Shown here one piece after another: positions 48,159 through 56,749 of a stretch of 64,000 nt of DNA. The position numbers were made by a program, and so were the translations under genes. Origin of the DNA: Flectonema sp. DT1601 (taxonomy: Eukaryota); assembly GCA_964019425.1 (NCBI GenBank), contig OZ025786.1, positions 434,001-498,000 of the forward strand, read 5' to 3'. Within the stretch, counting starts at the first letter, position 1, and each line of letters starts with the position of its first letter. The notes under the pieces are model-generated. The model was not told where the DNA came from and searched no databases. It worked only from the letters and a program-made list of their open reading frames with translations.

Positions 48159-51100
48159 TTGGAAGTAGGGCGAAGACATCGACGTATCAGGGAACCTGTC
48201 GACCTTGATTCGGACGAAACAGGAGTAATCTATGCACTCATAGATGAAAAAGGTTCCGCAAGATATGTCGGACAAACCTCCAACACCGCATCACACAGAG
48301 AACGTGGGCATTGGTACTCCCGTCACTCAAAGGGAACAACCATCTCCAAGTTCATTAGAAAAAGAGGAAGTCCTCTATTCGCAGCAACACTGGAAAAAGT
48401 GAACATCTGCAGCAGTTTAATGAAAACTGCATTTCGTACAGCAGCAAATCCGGCAGAATCGTTTTGGATACAGCATCTAAATCCACAAACGAATATGTTC
48501 AGAATGCCAAATAAGGCATATGTCGGAAAGCCACTAAAGACGGGAAGTGAAGTACAAAACCGGAGAATACCGGAAAAACGAGAACCGTCAATCCCAAAAA
48601 AGTGGTATCATTTGGAAGGAGACACTCTGATAGTAGATACTGAACCAGGTAAATACGTTGGTATCAGAAAACAAATACAGAGCCTGATCGACTTACCAAA
48701 GATCAATGAGGATGCTATAGCCAAGTGGTCAATTAATAGAACTCAAAGGTTGCTAGCATGGATCATCGACCATATCCAAGCGTCTCATCAAGAAATTGAT
48801 ATCATCAGTCAGATAATCTTAGCACTTAAAGATAGATTATCAGACAAGAAAAAAGATACAGAGACGAAAAGGATATCAAAACTCGGATCAACATGGCTTA
48901 AAATTCGGTTTGTACACCCTTTGATTGAGAAATTGGATCTCAAAAGGGTATTCACATGCAAACAGGCGTTACTCCTCGCCAAAGACCGAGCAGAAATACT
49001 TCCGACAATGAAAGTGTCAAGATACTTGACAACTAAGTTGGAGGATGTGCTATGTGACCGTGCCAATGATAGTTCAACAGACAACGCACAAGAAGAACTA
49101 TGTGATCCTGAGACATGTAAATGTCATGTATTCATAAAGAAAGAATACAGAGAAGAAGAAAAACATGTGATCACACACTCATCAAAGCTGAATATATCCA
49201 ACAGACTTAAGATGTTATTATCGAGAGGTGCTAGATATAGACTCTTTGAGGATCCGAAAACTGTCACGGAGGAAGTAATGTACGCTATAGATGAATACAT
49301 CATGCATTACTTCCCAGATGAGAAATACGAACCTCTATGTATTTTTTTAAAAAAAGCGGCAAAAAATCAAATCGGAAAGCTACCGCAGATGGATGTTATT
49401 GATGAATTCAAACAAGTACAGAAGGAACTGAAGGAAATTAAAAAACATTTGATTTTTACCAGAATCGACAAAACGACACACGATCTGGCAGTATGTTGTA
49501 AGAAATACTACAACACAAAACTAAACGAGCACATCGGTAACAGAATTGTGTACGCAGAGGTTCCGAAAGATCAGATAAATCCAACGATGAAAAGGATCGA
49601 AGACATCAACAAGAAACATGGTTTCAGAAATACGGAAAATTTGCCATATTTATATGGAAATCCGAAGATGCATAAAGACCCTCCGAAGTTTAGATTCATA
49701 GCTGGAACTTCGAACAAAACACTGGATGTCAAATACATCAACTCTAAGGTAATGCCTGCGCCCTTCACAGCCACAACAGACATGTCAAAGGAAATGTCTG
49801 GGATACTTAAGACTTTCATGGAAATAGTTAAAAAAGCTGAAAAAGTGGAATACGAAACAACGAATATAAGAAAGTATTTTATAATTCAGAATGTAGATGA
49901 AGTTGCACAGTACATCAAAAGCAACTACTCAACTCTCCAACAAATGAAGGTAAAGACATATGATTTCTCAGATATGTACACGAACCTCCCCCATGATAAG
50001 ATTAAAAAAGTTATCAACGAATTAATCAGCAAGTACATGGACGGGCAGATAATGGTTAGAGACAAAAGAAGTGGAATTGGTAAAGACTTTTACCTTGACA
50101 AAAGCTACGATAAAGATGTTCAAGTAGCATACGAAGAGAGCAAAGTTAAAGAACTACTCAGCACGATTCTATCTAATGCTTACATTAAGAATGGAGAACT
50201 TATGCTCAAACAAAGCCATGGTATACCGATGGGTTCTCAATGCTCACCACATATTGCGAACTTATACTGCTTTGGCATTGAAAAACAATGGGTGGAAAAC
50301 GTCATTTCACAGAAAGGTATTGGGGCAGCGATAAATAACAAAATCATATTCAGATACATTGATGATTTTTTAATTTTCAGCCACAATGACCCAAGCCCAC
50401 CACCGAGTGAGATGTATAAAATGTCATATACAGATACATCAATGGGCAACAACGATGTAGTATTCCTTGGGATGAGAATCCGGTTGGAAGAAAGGCCGAG
50501 AGGACACCCGTTCGTACGACTTTCAATATGGGATAAAGAAAATCTGTTTAATTTCCAACCCATTAAGTATACCAGTTCGGAATCCAACGCACCGAAAAGC
50601 CTAGGACCAGGTATTCTAAAAGGTGCCATGTACAGAGCCGCTACTAATATCAATAACGATTTCGACTTATACCTTGAAATTGAGAAAGTGCTATACCGTC
50701 TGAGAAGTCGCGGATACTCGAAAAACAGTCTGTTCCCCCAATATAAAGACTTTGTACTGGGTACATACTGGGATTTCCCAAAACAAAGGGAAAGTCTTCA
50801 TCATCATTTCTTTGAAATCAATCGGAAATATGACAACGGAAGACCAGTATCGAAAGAAAAACAGACAATCCAACAACATTATAAAGTCAATGGAAGGGAT
50901 GACATTTATAATATGCTGTTGGACAAGAGAATTGGATATGCGAAATTAAGGAGGAATGACAACACATTGGTGACATCATTTAAAATTGCCAGTCAAGCGA
51001 TTATTAAAAACAAGAAGGAATGTCAGCAATGCAAAGCTATAATCTCTGACGACACTGAATCACTGGTCAATGATATCAACATTAAATATCACACTGGAAT

Positions 51101-54020
51101 ATTCAAAACAGCAAAATTCTACAAGGAATTTAAAGAGATATTGCCTATCAATGTCAGTATCCTTTCATACAAAAAGGGTATAACAACTCGAGTAGTAGTC
51201 AACAAAGATAACAATCACGAATGTCACATGTTGATCGGATGTACGGAAGGTGGATTTTTCTTTCCAATTACAGCAAGATACACGGAAAAGGAAATTCAAA
51301 GTCAGCTACTCGAAAAGAAGGATCCAGAAAAATCCGATATCGCTGACAACACGTCGAAAGACTTGAAAGTAGTACAAAAGGAGCAGAAGTCAGAAGAGTC
51401 TGGAAAAACTGAAGTACCAAACGATGATTATTGGTCCACCTTCATTGATAATAAATTCCCTATTACGATGCACACGCAACCAGCAGAAGGACTTCGTAGT
51501 GGGGAATGTGGCTGGGCAACTGTTAACTTCATAGCAGATCACCTCAAAACTGAAAGAATCAGAATATCGAAGATGTTTAAGATTCAATTCCGACTCGCAG
51601 AGCAAGAGCTTAAGTTAATTGGAGAGAACTTGATGTTCTCATTTAACCCAGATGGTTGGTTTCATCAGATAGTTATTTATGAAACAATAAGAATATATCT
51701 GGGACTAGAAGTAACACATGTGACAACCCATGAACAGCTGAAAACAATCACAGTAGGTCCAACAGAACAAGAAACTATTGTCATTCCATACATCATAGTG
51801 TCACGTAGAGCAGCCTACACACATTACATCGTCTTTATTGATATAAATTCTAAATACAAGGGATTTGATATAATCAATCCAACTCCAGATTGTAATGGGA
51901 TAGAAGATATCATGACGAAGTATCCGTTGAAGGAATACGAATACCACGTTGTAATGAAAACAACGAAAGATATTCCTCCAATAGACTTGTCTGCACTGGC
52001 AATAACAGAGTCACCAGCAAAGGATAATTCCACAACAAAAACTACAGAAGTGGAAATTAAAAAATTCACGGACGAGGAGGATGTAACAGATCTTGAGACA
52101 ATGATTTCGGCAATCGAAAAAGCGGACAAAATGAAGCCCAAATCGACACCGGGAAAAGTCAATAAGATAGAGATAAGGGCCGTATCACCACCAAAGATAT
52201 GCCAGGATAATATACCGACCCTGTACATATCGCCGATGGTGAAGATACCACCATTACCAGTACTACTATCACCAGTGTTACCAAGACCATCAATAATTCC
52301 AATGACAATACCAATAACGATACCGAAGATAATAAAAATGGAACCTTCGGTAATGCAAAAAATTATATCGCTACCATCAAATAGTTTTCAGAAGACGCTA
52401 GTCACTGTAAATAATGCACTTACGGTAGCCCCACCAGCAATCCCGACATTGATGCCAGCAACGATTTCAAAGGTATCACAATTGGCACCGCCGACTGTAC
52501 TTCAAAAGAAGACACAAGTCATTGCAAATGATGAACTCACACAGGTCCCGCCGATAATTCCAACAATGATACCAACACCAATTACAAATTTATCACAATC
52601 GACACCGTCAATTGTACTTCAAAAGAATACACAAGTCAGTGCGAGTGATGCACTTACACAGGCCCCGCCGATAATTCCAACGCTGATGCCAGCAAGGATT
52701 TCAAAAATATCACAATTAGCACCGCCGACTGTAATTCAGAAGAAGACACAAGTTATTGCAAATGAGACACCTACAATGGCCCCACCTGCAATCCCAACGT
52801 TGATGCCAGCAACGATCTCAAAGGTATCACAATTGGAACCTCCAACTGTACATCAAAGTGTGATTCAATCTATGAAAACGATACAATTACCGATTGTATC
52901 ACCATTGGATCTGGATCATAATGATGTGGATATGATCGATATGCCGTCACCAGCAACAGTACAACTGGATACGGACACTGACATGGTAATGGAAACTATG
53001 TCACCAGAGACGCAGGAATCACCGGAGCATAGATATGCTGGCGTAATGACTCCATCCAAAGACAGGATGGAGTCACCACCAATAACTCCGATTAAGATTA
53101 AGACTCCACTGAAAATAAAGACGCCTCTGAAGATCGAAACTCCGACTAAAATAATTCCACAAACCCAACAAGCATGTTGGGATGGAAAGAACCTCGAATT
53201 AATACGAAGTTTGTCAAAAGAAAGACAGTTGGAGAAAATAGTCACCACATACAGACTAAGATCAACTACACCACAAACAGTAGCCAGGAAGATGGAAACA
53301 CCACCTACTGTAAGCAGTAAAGCCACGAATTCCGGAACAACAATACCGATTACACCACAAAAGGTATCAAGAGTACTAACATACACAGATACAGAGAATA
53401 TCGGTAAAACTTGCAAATATTGCAATAAATCCTGGAAGTCATTTATTGACCATATCAATAAATGTGGAATATTCAGAGCATCAAAAGAATATCCAACATA
53501 TGTTGATGAAGATGATAACACTTCATTTACGGTCACTGAATACAAAACGGATCCTCGAAATAGTATTGTAACTGTTACAAAAGATGAGACAGAAACTCAT
53601 ATGTTATCTATCAAAAAGAATGGCAAGTTGGCAACACAAACGGTCGCTGATGAACCAGAGAGAAGCAGTAACAAGAGACTGAACTCACAGAGTCCAATGC
53701 GAATTGTGAGAATCAAAAAATACCTGAGCAACCGGAAAAGGCTTAAAAATGAGTGTACTGAACATAAGTTGGCACAGAAAATGAAACTTAAAGAAGTACA
53801 AAAACAGAAATTAGCAAAGGGAAAGGAAAAGAAGAAACTGAAATTGGTAAAAAGACTCAACTCGCAGAGTCCAATGAGACCGATGCTCAGAAGAAATACT
53901 CGAAAGAAAAGAAGCAAACAAGATGAACATGATTCTTCAGATGATATGAGTATTTCACAGAGATCTTCAACTCCAGATATCCCTGATGCTAAGGAACAAT
54001 TATCAGACTTTGATAATTAA
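48159..54020 (+). CDS. PLE polyprotein: GIY-YIG endonuclease - RT - Josephin-like protease - 39-aa repeats - C2HC zinc finger
   Basis: GIY-YIG: VIY..YVGQT..R..H..E..N. RT: LSRGARYR, DK, YGNPKMHK..RFI, YDFSDMYTNLPH, GIPMGSQCSPHIANLY, RYIDD, FLG. Protease triad C1117/H1222/D1237. Zinc finger CKYC..H...C. The start codon is uncertain. Confidence 0.92.
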   Translation: MEVGRRHRRIREPVDLDSDETGVIYALIDEKGSARYVGQTSNTASHRERGHWYSRHSKGTTISKFIRKRGSPLFAATLEKVNICSSLMKTAFRTAANPAESFWIQHLNPQTNMFRMPNKAYVGKPLKTGSEVQNRRIPEKREPSIPKKWYHLEGDTLIVDTEPGKYVGIRKQIQSLIDLPKINEDAIAKWSINRTQRLLAWIIDHIQASHQEIDIISQIILALKDRLSDKKKDTETKRISKLGSTWLKIRFVHPLIEKLDLKRVFTCKQALLLAKDRAEILPTMKVSRYLTTKLEDVLCDRANDSSTDNAQEELCDPETCKCHVFIKKEYREEEKHVITHSSKLNISNRLKMLLSRGARYRLFEDPKTVTEEVMYAIDEYIMHYFPDEKYEPLCIFLKKAAKNQIGKLPQMDVIDEFKQVQKELKEIKKHLIFTRIDKTTHDLAVCCKKYYNTKLNEHIGNRIVYAEVPKDQINPTMKRIEDINKKHGFRNTENLPYLYGNPKMHKDPPKFRFIAGTSNKTLDVKYINSKVMPAPFTATTDMSKEMSGILKTFMEIVKKAEKVEYETTNIRKYFIIQNVDEVAQYIKSNYSTLQQMKVKTYDFSDMYTNLPHDKIKKVINELISKYMDGQIMVRDKRSGIGKDFYLDKSYDKDVQVAYEESKVKELLSTILSNAYIKNGELMLKQSHGIPMGSQCSPHIANLYCFGIEKQWVENVISQKGIGAAINNKIIFRYIDDFLIFSHNDPSPPPSEMYKMSYTDTSMGNNDVVFLGMRIRLEERPRGHPFVRLSIWDKENLFNFQPIKYTSSESNAPKSLGPGILKGAMYRAATNINNDFDLYLEIEKVLYRLRSRGYSKNSLFPQYKDFVLGTYWDFPKQRESLHHHFFEINRKYDNGRPVSKEKQTIQQHYKVNGRDDIYNMLLDKRIGYAKLRRNDNTLVTSFKIASQAIIKNKKECQQCKAIISDDTESLVNDINIKYHTGIFKTAKFYKEFKEILPINVSILSYKKGITTRVVVNKDNNHECHMLIGCTEGGFFFPITARYTEKEIQSQLLEKKDPEKSDIADNTSKDLKVVQKEQKSEESGKTEVPNDDYWSTFIDNKFPITMHTQPAEGLRSGECGWATVNFIADHLKTERIRISKMFKIQFRLAEQELKLIGENLMFSFNPDGWFHQIVIYETIRIYLGLEVTHVTTHEQLKTITVGPTEQETIVIPYIIVSRRAAYTHYIVFIDINSKYKGFDIINPTPDCNGIEDIMTKYPLKEYEYHVVMKTTKDIPPIDLSALAITESPAKDNSTTKTTEVEIKKFTDEEDVTDLETMISAIEKADKMKPKSTPGKVNKIEIRAVSPPKICQDNIPTLYISPMVKIPPLPVLLSPVLPRPSIIPMTIPITIPKIIKMEPSVMQKIISLPSNSFQKTLVTVNNALTVAPPAIPTLMPATISKVSQLAPPTVLQKKTQVIANDELTQVPPIIPTMIPTPITNLSQSTPSIVLQKNTQVSASDALTQAPPIIPTLMPARISKISQLAPPTVIQKKTQVIANETPTMAPPAIPTLMPATISKVSQLEPPTVHQSVIQSMKTIQLPIVSPLDLDHNDVDMIDMPSPATVQLDTDTDMVMETMSPETQESPEHRYAGVMTPSKDRMESPPITPIKIKTPLKIKTPLKIETPTKIIPQTQQACWDGKNLELIRSLSKERQLEKIVTTYRLRSTTPQTVARKMETPPTVSSKATNSGTTIPITPQKVSRVLTYTDTENIGKTCKYCNKSWKSFIDHINKCGIFRASKEYPTYVDEDDNTSFTVTEYKTDPRNSIVTVTKDETETHMLSIKKNGKLATQTVADEPERSSNKRLNSQSPMRIVRIKKYLSNRKRLKNECTEHKLAQKMKLKEVQKQKLAKGKEKKKLKLVKRLNSQSPMRPMLRRNTRKKRSKQDEHDSSDDMSISQRSSTPDIPDAKEQLSDFDN

Positions 54021-54180
54021 AAACACTTTCTACATTTATTGTAGAAAAGTGCTCCACTAGTAGTGAGCTACGAACTAGTAACAGCAAAAAATATGTTTTT
54101 TTTATTTATGAACATGAAACACAAAGTAACTACATTCCAGTCCTGCAAACTGGAATGACTCAGTCTCAACATTTGACTGA

Positions 54181-54247
54181 CTTACTTCTACACCATACTG
54201 ATGAGAGAGAATAGAGGTAAGAGGTATATGGATTACTCTCGAAACCT
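54181..54247 (+). ncRNA. Hammerhead ribozyme, non-circularly permuted (predicted)
   Basis: CUGAUGA 54198-54204, GAAA 54241-54244 and GUA cleavage triplet 54224-54226. Stems ccaua/uaugg, gagag/cucuc and aggu/accu, plus an extra 10-bp helix cuuacuucua/uagagguaag. Confidence 0.75.
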
Positions 54248-54540
54248 ATAGTTACTTTAATATGCTAAGTTGCGCATCACCCTTAGTCACTGTATTTAAA
54301 ACTAATGTTAAATTATCTTTATGTTTTTATGATACAACACAGTTGTAATTTTTACAAAATCGAACATACAACCCCCCCTCTGTTCTTCAATCTTCAAAGG
54401 AGCATTTCTGAATATGTTCAGAATGCTTATTATGTTTAGTTTTCTTTTTTGTTCAAAGTTTACGTTCGTTGCTTTCAAGTTAATTTGCCTACTAAGACTA
54501 CTTCACTTTTTAATAATCAGTTTTTTTTATAGAACTCTGC

Positions 54541-54981
54541 ATGACTTTAGTGAGGAGAAGAACACAACCTGATGACTTGACATTAATATTTGCATCTTTG
54601 AGTTCGAATAACGGAGGTCAAGTATTAATTCAATCACCACAACATGATAAAGAAACATTAAGGAGAGCAATATACGACACAGCTACTAGTGTCCCGACAT
54701 CTCCATTGGACTCTAATTCGGATTTAATAAGGGTGGGAGGTGCTATAAAGAAAGTGAATCCACCAAGACGAGTGGTTCCAGCTCCCCAACCACACATTAT
54801 GAAGGCTGAGTTTGTTAACATTTTTACTTCGTCGTTGGAGTATCAGGACAGGCCAGCACCTAGGCGACGTCCACCGACAGGAAAAAAAAGAAAAAAACAG
54901 ATTCCGATTCCGATAAAGCTACGAGTTACACATTATCACCCACTGCTACCACTGTTACAAGGGCTTATAAAAAAAGTTTGA
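54541..54981 (+). CDS. Hypothetical protein
   Basis: 146-aa ATG ORF. The 3' frame may be affected by the A-homopolymers at ~54883-54897. Confidence 0.45.
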   Translation: MTLVRRRTQPDDLTLIFASLSSNNGGQVLIQSPQHDKETLRRAIYDTATSVPTSPLDSNSDLIRVGGAIKKVNPPRRVVPAPQPHIMKAEFVNIFTSSLEYQDRPAPRRRPPTGKKRKKQIPIPIKLRVTHYHPLLPLLQGLIKKV

Positions 54982-55146
54982 TGTGAATTTTTTTTTGTTT
55001 TGAAAAGCGATTCATCGATAAAACAGCTACTGGAATTGCCATTCCAGTACTTGTATCCTGTCAGTTTTCGTATTCTTGATTGTTTTATTTTTCTCACACA
55101 CACAACTCATAACCTCCGTTACGTTACAACAGGCGCTAAGCTTACT

Positions 55147-55842
55147 ATGTCAGAGCACAGTGGTAGCGCCACGAAATATGATATTCGAACTACTGATGAG
55201 AGAATTAAGTACCAGGCGTGGATTAGAAAAACTGCTAAAAAAGAACAAATGAAAGCTCTACGATATGAGGAAGTAGAAGAAGTTGCTAACAATGTTGGCG
55301 CAAACATATCTGACGTATTAAATATGTTACAAAACGAATTGAACAACCAAGGAGTAACTTGTTCAGTACCAGTATGTAAGACACAGTGGGATCAAATGGT
55401 TAGTGGTGATTACAGTATTGCTGTCTGTCCATTCTGTAGATCAGCTTCGTTAGTCATAGCTGGTAAGACTGTTGTTTGTAGATGTGGGTTTTGTTTAAAC
55501 ATGTCGAATGATATTTCATCTTTATACTCTGTTACTAAAAGTATAGCTTCTTGTCAGTATTCACATTCTGCTGTTGGTTGTGTTAATCCTGGTGGAGGTA
55601 TCTTTTCATTTTCTGACGTTACAACCACCAGACCAGTTTCTTCTGTTCGATTACGTGAGACTCTGGCTTCTGTTCTTTCTCAATTTAACGATTCCGATGT
55701 CGATGTTGACCAACTCTGCGGTCTTTCTCAACAACATCAAAATGATACAATTCCTCAATTTTCGCAGTCTTCAGCTTGTCGTGATGACGTTTTTCTGATG
55801 TTCAATTGCACGGATTGTGGCTTCATGAGAGTTGTGTTGTAG
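55147..55842 (+). CDS. RPA-interacting protein (RPAIN)-like C-terminal zinc-binding domain protein
   Basis: CPFC..L....VVCRCGF....H...C....LMFNCTDCGFMRVVL matches the RPAIN C-terminal Cys pattern. Confidence 0.7.
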   Translation: MSEHSGSATKYDIRTTDERIKYQAWIRKTAKKEQMKALRYEEVEEVANNVGANISDVLNMLQNELNNQGVTCSVPVCKTQWDQMVSGDYSIAVCPFCRSASLVIAGKTVVCRCGFCLNMSNDISSLYSVTKSIASCQYSHSAVGCVNPGGGIFSFSDVTTTRPVSSVRLRETLASVLSQFNDSDVDVDQLCGLSQQHQNDTIPQFSQSSACRDDVFLMFNCTDCGFMRVVL

Positions 55843-56000
55843 GATATTAATATATCACTTTAGGATCACATTCTTGTGTTGTTTAACACGAGGAAGAGTC
55901 TCAATGTCGTTATCTCTCATTGATTTTTGATTTGGTAGTTTCTCTTTTGTTGTTTTGTTGATTATTTTAATTCATTATCAGAAATCTAAATTACCACAAA

Positions 56001-56432
56001 ATGGGAGGAAGTTCTTCGAAGGAAAAAGAAGTGGCGGAGATGGCTGCTACTCAGGAAAAATTAGTTTTAAAGAAGATGAGAACATCAAAAGGTAGAGAGG
56101 TATGCTAACTATCTAATATTTGACTGATAAGTTCATAACCATAATAGTACTCTCTAGTATTAATAATAGACTCCATTATTAATACTAACTCTTTCAATAC
56201 AATTCTCATATAACGTACAACTTACGTAAATTATTCACAGGAATGCTATCAGGCAAAAGATGACTATTTCACATGTCTTTCACACCCACCACCTGGAGTA
56301 CAAGGACAGCCATGCATGGAGGCGATGGAAAAAATGAATGAAAACTGTCCGAAGAGTTGGCAGAACTACTTTGCTGAAGGTATGAAGAAAGAACATATTG
56401 TGATGAGTCAAATTAAGAAACTCGAAACGTAA
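56001..56432 (+). CDS. COA6: Cytochrome c oxidase assembly factor 6 (COX6B/COA6 family); intron 56100-56240
   Basis: Spliced 96-aa product contains RE-ECYQAKDDYFTCL..PCMEAMEKMNENCPKSWQNYF (CX9C..CX10C). Absent from the ORF track. Confidence 0.8.
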
Positions 56433-56749
56433 ATAGAAGTTACATGTAGTGCCGCTATTATACTTCATTGGATCGACATCTAACAGGGACTGTTAACCTA
56501 AAGGTCTCTTATGATTAACGCGTCAACACTCAGAATCTCAACAGAGAGTGAGCAGAGAGAATTATTACAATTCAAAAAAAAAAAAAAATTAAAAAATGGA
56601 AACCAACCTTTAAAACATAATTTCATCTCTAGGGCACTACGAACACAAATAGAATGCGGCGGTTTGAGTATTGGAATGCACATTAATTTTGAAACTGAAT
56701 GGTACTTTTTTTTTTTTGCTAACTAATTACTCGACAGAAATAACAAGAA

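Larger units (their letters stand above)
48061..54387 (+). mobile_element. Penelope-like retroelement with N-terminal GIY-YIG (Naiad/Chlamys-type domain order)
   Basis: Single intronless EN-RT ORF, hammerhead in the 3' UTR, and a 16-bp direct repeat ccccccctctgttctt at 48093-48108 and 54372-54387. Confidence 0.9.

Noticed and set aside
48809..53917. Minus-strand ORFs within the retroelement and other long genes
   Set aside because: Antisense shadows of the + strand coding frames.
48159..54020. Telomerase RT or group II intron maturase
   Set aside because: The GIY-YIG domain, PLE-type motifs and hammerhead fit a PLE. No TERT T/CP motifs or YADD/domain X were recognised.
54198..54265. Canonical type I hammerhead using GAAAC-ctata-GUU
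   Set aside because: Stem III would be only 2 bp, and the sequence after GUU does not pair with ccaua to form stem I. The permuted fold satisfies all stems.
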